Notes under the pieces: generated by a model
What the model was told of the DNA's origin: nothing
Seen by the model: the letters and a program-made list of their open reading frames with translations, nothing else
The model's database searches: none
Position numbers and translations under genes: made by a program
Assembly: GCF_006345805.1 (NCBI RefSeq)
Contig: NC_043004.1
Span: 104,346,001 to 104,410,000 of the forward strand
Direction: 5' to 3'
DNA length: 64,000 nucleotides
Source of the DNA: Octopus sinensis
Lineage: Eukaryota
Part shown: positions 52,270 through 63,504 of the stretch, in pieces
How the letters are laid out: every line of letters starts with the position of its first letter
Numbering within the stretch: the first letter of the stretch is position 1

Positions 52270-52554
52270 TGACCAGACGTATACTTAACTGCTTATATAT
52301 ATATACATACAAGTTTCTTCTCTGTGTGTTAGTGTGTGTGTGTGGGGGGGGTATGTGTTTATACCCACCACTTGACAACCATTATTGGTTTATTTACATC
52401 CCTATGACTGAGTGGTTCAACATAAAAGGTCCATAGAATAAGTGCCAAGCTTTAAAAAAAAATGTTGGGGTCAGTTTGTTTGACTAAAACCCTTTGAGGT
52501 AATGCTCTAGCATGGCCACAGTCTAGTGTCTGAAACAACTAAAATATAAAACAT

Positions 52555-53205
52555 TGTGGCTGTGTGGTAAGTAGCTTGCTTACCAACCACATGGTTCTGG
52601 GTTCAGTCCCACTGCATGGCACCTTGGGTAAGTGTCTTCTACTATAGCCTCGGGCCGACCAAAACCTTGTGAGGGGAATTGGTAGATGGAAACTGAAAGA
52701 AGCCTGTCATATATATGTATGTATATGTGTGTGTGTATATGTTTGTGTGTCTGTGTTTGTCCCCCCAACATCACTTGACAACAGATGCTAGTGTGTTTAC
52801 ATCATCATCATCATCATTTAGTGTCCGCTTTCCATGCTAGCATGGGTTGGACGGTTCAACTGGGGTCTGTGAAGCCAGAAGGCTGCATCAGGCCCAGTCT
52901 GATCTGGCAGTGTTTCTACGGCTGGATGCCCTTCCTAACGCCAACCACTCCATGAGTGTAGTGGGTGCTTTTTACATGCCACCCGCACAGGTGCCAGACA
53001 GGGCTGGCACCGTCTGGCACCTGTGCGGGTGGCACGTAAAAAGCACCCACTACACTCACATCCCTGTAAATTAGCGGTTCGGCAAAAGAGTCCGATAGAA
53101 TAAGTACTAGGCTTACAAAGAATAAGTCCTGGGGTCGATTTGCTCGACTGAAGGCAGTGCTCCAGCATGGCTGCAGTCAAATGACAGAAACAAGTAAAAG
53201 AGGAA
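52555..53205 (+). mobile_element. SINE family A interrupted by an inverted RTE 3' end (52801-53050)
   Basis: SINE sequence gtgtgtttac|atccctgtaa resumes after the (CAT)n-tailed insert. Confidence 0.88.
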
Positions 53206-54326
53206 AAGAATATTATTTTTGAAGTGAAGATATTTTTAAGTAAATCTTTTTCCAAAGCTGACCGAGCGATGAAATGGGAAGTTATGGGTGTCAGTTAGGT
53301 TTTATCATTTTATTTTATTTGTTAAAATCCCACAAAGGGTCAGTAAAATAAAGTGCCAGTCAAGAACTTGTGTTGTTTTTATAAACTACACTTCCCCACC
53401 TCCCTCCAAATTTCTGGCCCTGGGTCAATCTCGGAAATTATTATTTAACGAGGCAATTTGTATCAGTTATATTTTTATTAGAGTTTATAGTATTTAACTT
53501 ACATTTTGTCTAATAATGTTTAGGGAGGGAGTGGAGAAGCTTGTGTAAAGGCCAAACTGATAATGAGGACAACGGCGGCGGTGGTGGTGGTTTTGGTGGT
53601 GGTAATGGTGGCGTCAGTGTTGGTGGTTATGTATTTGTGTGTATGTGCTGGTATTCGAAGATTATTACTTTGTGTGTGTTGTGTGTGTTATGTTACAGTG
53701 TACAACACAAACTGTAGAAGTAGATTTGCTCTAAGATTAAATGCGAAAAAGGTGGGAACGATATATTTATTGTCCTTGTTGCTAAGCAACCCCACGTCTG
53801 ACCTCACTGAACAAACCAATAATCAAAGCTGTTCCAACCATGACCACCCGATTCTTCTCTCAGACATTTAAATATCTAGCTCCATATTATCCACACTCAT
53901 CCCTTATCAAAACTAGAAAGTAATTTGAGGCAGATTTAGCTGATATTTCCCTAGATGGCTTATGAGAATAATATTTTGTGTAAAGGTCAGAAAGTGTTTA
54001 AGGGATTATTGGATGAGTGGGACATCACTGGAGAATTTATTTTCAAACACTACCTAAATTAGTGGTCACTATTTGCACCTCTCTTTTGCAGTAACCTTTT
54101 CGTGTTCTGGCAGGTCAAAAAGTATAATTCTAGGTGCAGGCGTGGCTGTATGGTTAAGAAGCTTGCTTTGCAACCATGTAGCTTTGGGTTCAGTCCCACT
54201 CTGTGGCACCTGAGGCAAGTGTCTTATGGTAAAGACCCTGGTTAACCAATGCCTTGTGAGTGAATTTGTTGACCAAGACAGTGTGGAAACCTGTTGTGTG
54301 TGTATATATATATGTATATATACATA

Positions 54327-55569
54327 TCAGATCATTAAGAATGAAATGTCCGGTTTTGAACTGAAAGTTTATTTTACTTTATCTCAACAAAAAGCAATGT
54401 ATTAATCAAAGTATGCACCTCAATTATCAACACAATTTTACCATTTTATCGGTTGCTTATTTATGCCAGCAGCAAAGAATTCTGGAGCGCAAGAGGTGAA
54501 GAAATCATGAAAGGCTGTTTTTGCGTTTTCTTCAGACTTGAAGTTTCTCCTTGTAAAAAGTTGTCTAATGCCTGGAAAACATGATTGTCAGTTGGTGCAA
54601 AGTCTAGTGAATATGGTGGATGACAGAGTACTTCCAAGTTCAATTCCTGCAACTTCTGTAGCATTCTTTGTGCAACATGTGGTCAAGCATTGTCTTGCAA
54701 GAGAATTGGCCTGTCTCTGTTTATCAATCTCGGTTGTTTAATTGCAGGTTCATTCATCATTTCATCCAATTAGTTGATGTATACATCTGCTGTAATTGAC
54801 TTACCAGGTGTCATGAAGCTGTAGTGAATGTCACCAGCACTGGACCACCAAACAGACACCGTTAGCTTTTTTTGGTGAAAATTCTCTTTTGGATTGTGTT
54901 TTGGCACTTTGTTTCTATCCAGCCACCGTGCAGAATGCTTGCTATTGTTGAAAAGAATCCATTTTTCATCACACATAATATGATGCCAAAATGGCTCACT
55001 TTTATGCCATGACAGCAAAGAACAGCAAGTTTCAAGATGACGTGTCATTTGATGCTCGTTCAGTTCATATGGGACCCACTTGTCCAGGTTCTTTACCTTG
55101 CTGATTTGTTCAGATGGTCCAATAGAGTTTGCTGCTAACTCACCCGTAGTTTGAGATGTATCTGCGTCAACTACAGTTTCCAGCTCATCATTGGTTTCAG
55201 ATCTACCACGGGGCTGATTTCCAAGAGTAAAGTCATCAGACCGGAACTTCTCAGATCATCGACATACAGTGTGCTCATTTGCTACATCTTCACCAAACAC
55301 CTTGTTGGTCTTTCAAGCTATCTGAGATGCATTGATTCTATGACAGAACTCATATTCATAAACAGCATGAATTTTTTATCTATCCATGGGATCACAAAAA
55401 TTGATTTACGAGGGAAAACTTACTATAAATCAGACACCATGAATTGCATTTCGAAAAGTGATGATATAATTCTTCAATGTTGTAAAACAAAGAATTGTCA
55501 GGATTAAGAGTTAACAACTGTCAAACTCGATGCATAAGAAAACTGAACACTTAATTCTTAATGACCTGA
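54327..55569 (-). mobile_element. Mariner transposon (Hsmar1-like), full length, degenerate; transposase 55387-54402
   Basis: 31-bp TIRs with 5 mismatches; IMCDEKWILFNN, FHQKKLTVSVWWS, HPPYSLDFAPTDNHVF, GAYFD*. Confidence 0.93.
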
Positions 55570-56273
55570 CATGTATACACACACATACACACACACACAT
55601 ATATGTGTGTGTTTGTCTCCCCTCCACAATTTGGCAACAGGTGTTGGTTTGTTTATGCCTCAGTAACTTTGTGGTTTTCCAAAAGAGACGGATGAATAAT
55701 TACTTGACTTAAAAAGTAAGCATTGGCATCAGTTTTTTTGGCTAAACCCTTCAAGGTGGTGCCCCAGTAAAAGCTTAAAGATAAAAAATAAATGCAATTA
55801 GAATACACTTTCCAGGAGTATGACACAAGAGCATTTTCTTAACCATACTTGAACCATACTTGAAGCTGAATTTAAATGATTATGATGCCTATTGATGATG
55901 AATAAACAACTCTTTGACTGATTCTAGCTTGTATGACTGTGTACTGGCAGTATAGCTGTTACAGTTGTGGTAAACCAGTCAGAATTTATAAATGAACTGA
56001 ATTGCACTTCATTAAAATGCTTATAGTAAACTGTGAGTTACAGGGTAAAACTGGAGAAACAATAATTTGCTGACCTATCAAACCCATATGTTAATAAAAA
56101 CCCAATCTGAAAATGTGGATGACGTAAGTGTGAGTAGTAATGATATAATTCACAGTCTAATTAGTAATTTAACCCGTTCTATGATATTTGCTTTTAAACA
56201 CTGATGAGGCTGCTACTGGAAAACATTAACATGTTAGAAATCCATTCTGTTCTCGCCTTTATTTGCCTTCCAG

Positions 56274-56335
56274 CAAAGCAAGTCATTAATTCTTATCACC
56301 TAAAAGGATTGAAACAACAACCTTGCAGTTACTAA
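56274..56335 (+). CDS. Putative last coding exon; (A)KQVINSYHLKGLKQQPCSY*
   Basis: Strong acceptor ttctgttctcgcctttatttgccttccag; longest open frame is phase 1 as the model requires; AATAAA at 56457-56462; followed by repeat-free AT-rich sequence. Confidence 0.5.
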
Positions 56336-57934
56336 TCATGGTTGTTTCTTCTGAGTTGCCAAGTCTTTGTGTGGAGTTTGATGTCAGTCCATACACATTA
56401 TAACACAGTTGTCTCTGTTTGATCTTTCACTCTAAAAGGAATCTGATGAAGTAGAAAATAAAATTGCTTTGATAGCAAAATCTACTTAAAAAGCTTTTCC
56501 TTTTTATAGTCTACTTTTCTACTGCAGCTTGGGTCATGTATGAGTCACCAGCTCTGTTTTTTTATTTTTTTTTATATATATACAATGTCAGACAGTGATG
56601 TAAATTTACTAACATGATGTCTGTCCTCAAGTCATCTGAAGCTGTACATTTCCACAATCAGTCTTCACAAACACAGAAAATAGTCACACTATCATTTTAG
56701 TTTATTAAAATATATACAATAAGTCAAAATATTTTTACTGTCAAATGCTCAAGAGTAACATGTAAATTCTTAGCTCACTTGAGTTTAAAAGTCTGTTTCA
56801 ATTTTCAGTTGGAACAAATCACTCTTCTCATGCTACTGATATCACTAAGAATATATCATGTAACTTTCAACCATTTCTTTCTCCAACATTTCTTGTTTGT
56901 TTAATGTTTGCAGTTGAAAGTATTATTCCTCTGTAAAAAAAAAAAAAAGAGTTTTTATTGTTATTTTAACATTTTTCATTTTTAATTGAATGACAGAAAT
57001 GTTGTGGGTATTTAGATTTCCCCTTGTCATGTAGAACTTCAACAAGGACAAGCTTGCCACCCTTAAACCCAAGAACTATGCTGCTCGTACTTTTTAATCA
57101 TTGCCCCCTACCTCTTTCGTTAACACTTTCTCAGCACTTCCTCAGCTCATGATTCATCAAAATTAAGTTCATCACATGTAGCTATAGATATTTATATGCA
57201 TGTAATTCAGGAAGTTACTTAATACTACAAGGACGGTGTCTATTTATTGCATGCATGGCAATACTCACAAATCTAGACAATGTCTTCTAAATTATACTTT
57301 TGTTTATGGCTTATAATTCAAATGCATAACTGATATATATTTGGTTCAGTTTATTTACTTATTTATACTTTGAAGTTTCTTGTTGTTTTTGTTATTGTGG
57401 TTGTCGTTGTAGTTATGATTATGGCTAACAAGCAGTTTATCACAATATGATATTCATTATTTTTTAAGTGTTTTTAAAGTTAATATTTAACTGTACAGAT
57501 GCATCTATCACCTGCCTCACTGCCCCTTCTGTTTCTATTATCCATATAAAGTTTTCCCTCTCACCCAGGATGTGGTATCTTGATTCCTACAGTTGTAGTC
57601 AAAAATATGCATCTTGGTTAGCTTACATGAAATGATGTTTTTCATATTAGGGCTACAGCTATAGCAAACTTTTATGGAATATCTGTTGAAAATTTTGCTA
57701 TATCTATGGCTATCAGGGAAATGTTTATCTATCAGAGCTAAAATTTTTTACCTGCATTAGTAACACGATCTCTGCCATCAAACCAAATGAGAAACTTAGC
57801 TATATGCACAGCCTTGTCATTCCTCTATTATCACTAAAAACCTAATAGCTAACATTAGTCGTAGGATCTGTAACTTTTCCTCAAAAGAAATTTTTGATAA
57901 GCCCACTTGCTACTATAGCAGTACGTGGCCAACT

Positions 57935-58150
57935 CTTTACTCTTTTAATTGTTTCAGTCATTTGACTGTAGCCATGCTGGAGCACCGCCTTTAGTCGAGC
58001 AAATCAATCCCGGGACTTATTCTTTGTAAACCTAGTACTTATTCTATTGGTTACTTTTGCTGAACCACTAAGTTACGAGGACGTAAACACACCGGCATCG
58101 GTTGTCAAGCAATGTTGGGGGGACAAACATAGACACACAAACATATACAT

Positions 58151-58183
<33 letters not shown>

Positions 58184-58393
58184 ATCGTTTCATACAAGGA
58201 CAGGCTTTATTAAAAGTTGCAAAAATTACAGCATATAAACGTGTCCCGTACTCATCAGCTAAAATACATGTGCGTTCTCTAGACATCCTAGTGGTTGAGG
58301 CTATACTCATGAAGTAATGAAGATAATTAAGTAACATAAACATAAACAGATATCCAAAGTTCATTAAAGTTCTATATATATATATATATATAT

Positions 58394-58428
<35 letters not shown>

Positions 58429-58595
58429 TACATACATACGACTGGCTTCTTTTAGTTTCCATCTATCAAATCCACTCACAAGGCTTTGGTGAACCCGAGG
58501 CTATAGTAGCAGACACTTGCTCAAGGTGCCACGCAGTGGGACTGAACCCGGACCATGTGGTTCATAAGCGAGCTATGTACCACGGCCACTCTTAC
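57935..58595 (-). mobile_element. SINE family A interrupted at its TA array by a ~190-bp insert
   Basis: Tail 57935-58182 and head 58430-58595 are collinear with other copies. Confidence 0.88.
58183..58375 (-). mobile_element. Short insert with a truncated hammerhead-like motif
   Basis: Minus CUGAUGA (58258-58252), long stem II, GAAA (58191-58188); stems I and III not formed. Confidence 0.4.
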
Positions 58596-59184
58596 GCCAA
58601 CAGTGACTTTTTATACAAAATATTATACACCCAAATTTAAAAACAAACCAAGCTGAAAAATAGACCTAGGAAAGTAATATATTATCATTATGATCATCAT
58701 CATCATCATTTAACGTCCATTTTCCATATTGGCATGGGTTGGACATTTTGACAGGATCCTGTAAGCCACAGGGCTGCAATGTGCTCCAGGTCAGTTTTGG
58801 CATGGTTTATATGGCTGGATGTCCTTCCTAATGCCAACCCCTTTACAGTGTGTACTGGGTACTGTTTTGTGCCTTCAACACTAGAGAGGTTGCTAAATAA
58901 TTTGTAAGAAAAAAAAGAACCACAATAGGGATAAACAAAAAAAGCCGTTTTAACTAAGTGAGGAGAGTATTTGAGAGGGTGGAATGGTGATTTTATGCCA
59001 GGGACTGGCAGATTTATAGGGGTCTCGCTACAGAGAAGATACATTCATATAAAGGTGGGCGGGAATATCTGGGTAAAGCTAAAGTGGTAGTGATAGGGTG
59101 CCAGAGAAAAAACCTCAAGAAGCAAGAGATGATACAGGCAGTGGGTCAGCAGTGGATTGGCAGTTGGAGAGTGTGAAGGAAGAA

Positions 59185-59480
59185 TACCTATTTCTTTACT
59201 ACCCACAAGGGGCTAAACACAGAGGGAACAAACAAGGGCAGACAAAGGATTAAGTCGATTACATCGACCCTAGTGCGTAACTGGTACTTAATTTATCGAC
59301 CCCAGTGCGTAACTGGTACTTAATTTATCGACACAGTGTATAACTGGTACTTAATTTATTGACCCCGAAAGGATGAAAGGCAAAGTTGACCTCAGCAGAA
59401 TTTGAACTCAAAACGTAACGGCAGACGAAATACAGCTACATATTTCGCCCTTCGCGCTAACGTTTCTGCCAGCTCACCGC
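59185..59480 (-). mobile_element. SINE family B with an internal 32-bp triplication (59263-59357)
   Basis: atcgaccccagtgcgtaactggtacttaattt x3. Confidence 0.92.
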
Positions 59481-59953
59481 CTAGATGGGAGTAGAAGTGA
59501 TTGTAGTGAGTGATGACAGGAGTGGATGTGCAGTTTGATGGGGATTATCAGTATGAGCAGAGGAGAGAGATAGGAGTGGCTTAGGGATGGTAGTTCAGGA
59601 GGTAGGCATAAAAGCAATGGGCAGGGAAATGTAGAAGTACATAAAGGGTAGGCATGGTGAATGGGTGTGGTGGCAAACATGAGAGGGTGCTGGGAATGAT
59701 AGCCTATATGCAAGGTGTTAAGATGAAGCTTAACAGAGGAGTGGTGGTGATGGGGAGGGGGGAGGGGGGCAAGTGGGAAAACAGTGAACACATGGTAAAT
59801 GCTACCAGGTCATATTCATTTATGATTGATGGGTTTGGTTACTTTGTATGTTTATATGTATTTGTGTATATACATACATATATAAACTAACACTCACGTA
59901 TGCCGATGTATATGTGAGTGTGTGTATGCAGATATTTGTTTGTGTGTCTATAC

Positions 59954-60010
<57 letters not shown>

Positions 60011-60049
60011 AATATATATACATGTATATGTACATATATATGCATGTAT

Positions 60050-60472
60050 TTCTTTTTCTCTTTTACTTGTTTCAGTCATTTGACTGCGGCCATGCTGGAG
60101 CATCACCTTTAATCGAGAAACTCGACCCCGGGACTTATTCTTTTGTAAGCCCAGTACTTATTCTATCGGTCTCTTTTGCCGAACCGCTAAGTAACGGGGA
60201 CATAGGGGACATAAACACACCAGCATCGGTTGTCAAGCAATGCTAGGGGGACAAACACAGACACACAAACACACACACACACACATATATATATATGTAC
60301 ACATATATATACGATGGGCTTCTTTCAGATTCCGTCTACCAAATCCACTCACAAGGCTTTGGTCGGCCCGAGGCTATAGTAGAAGACACTTGCCCAAGGT
60401 GCCACGCAGTGGGACTGAACCCGGAACCATGTGGTTGGTAAACAAGCTACTTACCACACAGCCACTCCTGCG
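60050..60472 (-). mobile_element. SINE family A, young full-length copy
   Basis: CpGs intact; same subfamily as 13757-14173. Confidence 0.95.
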
Positions 60473-60660
60473 TATGTGTATGTGTGTATGAATATATATA
60501 TCAAATTTGTTTATGAGAAATGTTTTGAATATGCAAATAATACTCCTATTCCATTATGCCAGCCACAGTCTAATGATGCTGACTGGTGAACCAGGTTTTT
60601 GGGTTGCCTCAAGCTGTACTGACATAATATAGGATAAATATAATAATAATAATAATAATA

Positions 60661-60935
60661 ATAATCCTTGAATGGAATTTATAAACATTTAATGCATCAC
60701 TATACGTGTTTCCACAAACCACGTTGTCTCTTAAGATCACAGTCAGTATTCCTGGGATGATTACAGTGTAGTCTGTAGTATCTGTGGGCATTGGGTAGAT
60801 CATCTTCATGGATTCATTATTCAGATTACACTGTAATAATCCCAGCAATATAGACTACTCATAAGAGACATGCGATTTGTGGAAACGTATGTAGCGATGC
60901 ATTAAATACATTTATAAATCTCATTCTGGGATTAT
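60661..60935. mobile_element. Fold-back MITE-like palindrome, ~115-bp diverged arms
   Basis: ataatcc..gaatg..atttataaa..atttaatgcatc.cta...gtttccacaaa...gtctctta...ctgggat.attacagtgta.tctg is mirrored on both sides. Confidence 0.85.
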
Positions 60936-60954
60936 TCTTATTATTACTATATAT

Positions 60955-61165
60955 ATTTCTTTACTACCCACAAGGGGCTAAACACAGAGGGGACAAACGA
61001 GGACAGACAAACGGATTAAGTTGATTACATCAACCCCAGTGCGAAACTGGTACTTAATTTATCGACCCCGTAAGGATGAAAGGCAAAGTTGACCTCGGCG
61101 GAATTTGAACCCAGAACGTAACTGCATTTCGCTCGGCGTGTTAACGTTTCTGCCAGCTCGCCGGC
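60955..61165 (-). mobile_element. SINE family B, young copy
   Basis: Reverse complement of 8535-8770. Confidence 0.92.
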
Positions 61166-61220
61166 ATATATATTATTACTATATATATGTACACAAACAC
61201 ATACGCACACACACATCTTA

Positions 61221-62742
61221 TCATCATCATCATCATCATCATCATTGTTTAATGTCTGCTTTCCATGCTGGCATAGGTTGGACAGCTTGACTGAGGACTT
61301 GTGAGCCAGGAGGCTGCACCAGGCTCCAATCTGATCTGGCAGTGTTTCTACACCTGGATGCCCTTCCTAACACCAACCACTCCAAGAGTGTAGTGGGTGC
61401 TTTTTATCTTCCACCAGCATGGGAGCCAGCCAAGTGACACTGGTATTGATCATACTCGAATGGTGATTTCTATGTGTCACTGGCACAGGTGCCAGTCAAG
61501 GCGGCACTGGCATTGGCCACAACTAAGATTTCACTTGACTCACCAGGACTTCTCAAGTACAGCATATTGCCCAACGATTGAATGGTACTTTTTAAACTGG
61601 CCAGTTATGTGACACTTGCATCAGTCACAGCTACAATCTCCCTTGGCTTGTTGGTCCTCTCAAGCACAACATATCTCCAGAGCTTTCAGTTGCTTCTCAT
61701 TGCCTCTGTGAAGCCCAACGTTCAAAGGTCATGCTTCACCACCTCATCCCGTGTCTTCCTAGGTCTACCTCTTCCACAGGTTCCCTCTACTGCTAGGGTG
61801 TGACACTTTTTCACATAACTGTACTCATCTATACGCAACACATGACCATACCAGTGCTGTCATCTCTTGCATACCACATCTGATGCTTCTTATGTCCAAC
61901 TTTTCTCTCAGGGCGCTTACACTCTGTTGTGTATGCACATTGACATTACACATCTAGCAGAGCATATTAGCTTCATTTCTTTTAAGCCTACACATGTCCT
62001 CAGTCACAGTCCATGTTTCACTGCCATATACCATGGCTGTTTGCATGCATTCACTATGCAATCTACCTTTCACTCTGAGTGAGAGGCCATTTGTTACCAG
62101 CAGAGATAGGAGTTCTCTGAACTTTGCCTAGGCTATTCTTATTCCAGAAGTTACACTCTCAGGGCATCCAGCCCTGCTACTGACTTGGTCACCTAGGTAA
62201 CGGAAGCTATCAACTACTTCTAGTTTTTCCGCTTGGCATGTGATGGAATCTGTTTTCTGTACATCTTTGGTGCTTATTGCACCTGTGCATCTGTCACTGA
62301 CAAAAACTATCTTCCCAGTTAACCTTCCTTTGATATTGCTGCACCTCTTATGTACCCATAACTTACACTGGATACATTTTATGGAGTTTCTACCTATGCC
62401 TTTTCTACAGATCGAGCAGTGCCATCTACCTGAAGGGATTTGTGATTTGTGTGTCTTTCTACTTATTAAGACTTTGGTTTTTGCTAGATTGACTCTAAGA
62501 CCCATCAATTCTAGACCTTGCTTACACACCTGAAACTTCTCTAGTTCTGATAGTGACTCAACTATTAGAGCAAGGTCATCAGCATAGAGTAATTCCCAGG
62601 GGCAGCCTGTCTTGAATTACTCTGTTATTGCCTGGAGGACTATAATGAATAAGAGGAGGATGAGGACTGATCCTTAGTGAACCCCTACTTGTACCCTGAA
62701 TTCTTCACTATACTCATTGCCAACCCCCACCTTACTGAGAGC

Positions 62743-62744
<2 letters not shown>
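61221..62744 (-). mobile_element. 5'-truncated RTE-clade LINE (RT C-terminus with PHD-like insert, 3' UTR, (GAT)n tail)
   Basis: VGVH*GSVL, CPWELLYADDLAL, GLRVNLAKTKVL, C-x2-C...C-x2-C-x4-H-x2-C insert, EVVDSFRYLGD, YGSETW; several stops. Confidence 0.93.
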
Positions 62745-62775
<31 letters not shown>

Positions 62776-63061
62776 TGTATGCATATAGGTATATACATAC
62801 ATGTAGATATATATATACATATGTGTGTGTGTGTATATAATCATCATTATCATCATCATCCTCATTTAACATCCATTTTCTGTGTTGGCATGGAAAAGAT
62901 GGTTTTGCAAGAAGTGGGAAGGCCAGGAACCATTGTCTGTTTTAGCAAGGTTCCTATTACTGGATGCCCTTCTTAAATCTAACTACTTTACAGACTGTAC
63001 TGGCTACTTCTTAAGTGGAGCCAGCACCATACACACACACATGCACACATATTGTGTGTGA

Positions 63062-63300
63062 AGGTGCATGGCCTAGTGAAGAGGATGTTGCATTCATGAT
63101 CACTAGATCATGGGTTCAACTCCCAGACCAGGGGGCATGTTGTGTTCCTGAGCAAAGCACTTCATTTCATGTTGCTCCAGTCCCCCCTTTCAATCAGTGT
63201 GGAATGTTGGCTTGCTCACCTAGCCAGCAGGTTAGCATCCTTCAAAGGCTAAAATGATGCAAAGCACATTGTGACCACTGGTTGTGTCATGACATCCAAT
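63062..63300 (+). mobile_element. SINE family D, degenerate
   Basis: ggtgcatggcctagtg...gggttcaactccc...gttcctgagcaaagcacttcatttc. Confidence 0.75.
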
Positions 63301-63504
63301 AGTCTGGATGATCATGTGATCACAGTCATGTGATGTATTCATAGTATATTTTGCATGTGCAGTTAGATGTACAACTGCTACTGTTGTGCTTAGAAGTCCA
63401 TGTAGATTATCACAACCACGTCTACTTCAAGTATAAGTGGTTAAGTAACTACTACACTTAGCAGTATTACTAGTTGTGAAGAACAGTTTCATATATATAA
63501 ATAT

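Larger units (their letters stand above)
52075..52291. mobile_element. Palindromic (fold-back) element with one hammerhead motif per arm
   Basis: Arms 52094-52176 and 52184-52266 match at 71/83 positions around a 7-nt loop; ends CAGTTA/TAACTG. Confidence 0.9.

Noticed and set aside
32753-55569. Functional or domesticated transposases (three mariners; also the two Tiggers)
   Set aside because: All contain multiple stops, frameshifts or deletions.
55880-56215. Possible C/D box snoRNA motifs (TGATGA, CTGA)
   Set aside because: Box spacing and terminal stems are unconvincing, with no recognisable guide sequence.
56196-56225. CTGATGA...GAAA near the last exon
   Set aside because: No stem II between the motifs and no stem III/NUH; chance occurrence.
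59263-59357. CRISPR-like appearance of regularly spaced ~32-bp repeats (also 47938-48060, 21715-21777)
   Set aside because: The units are adjacent with no unique spacers, lie in eukaryotic retroposons, and there are no cas genes.
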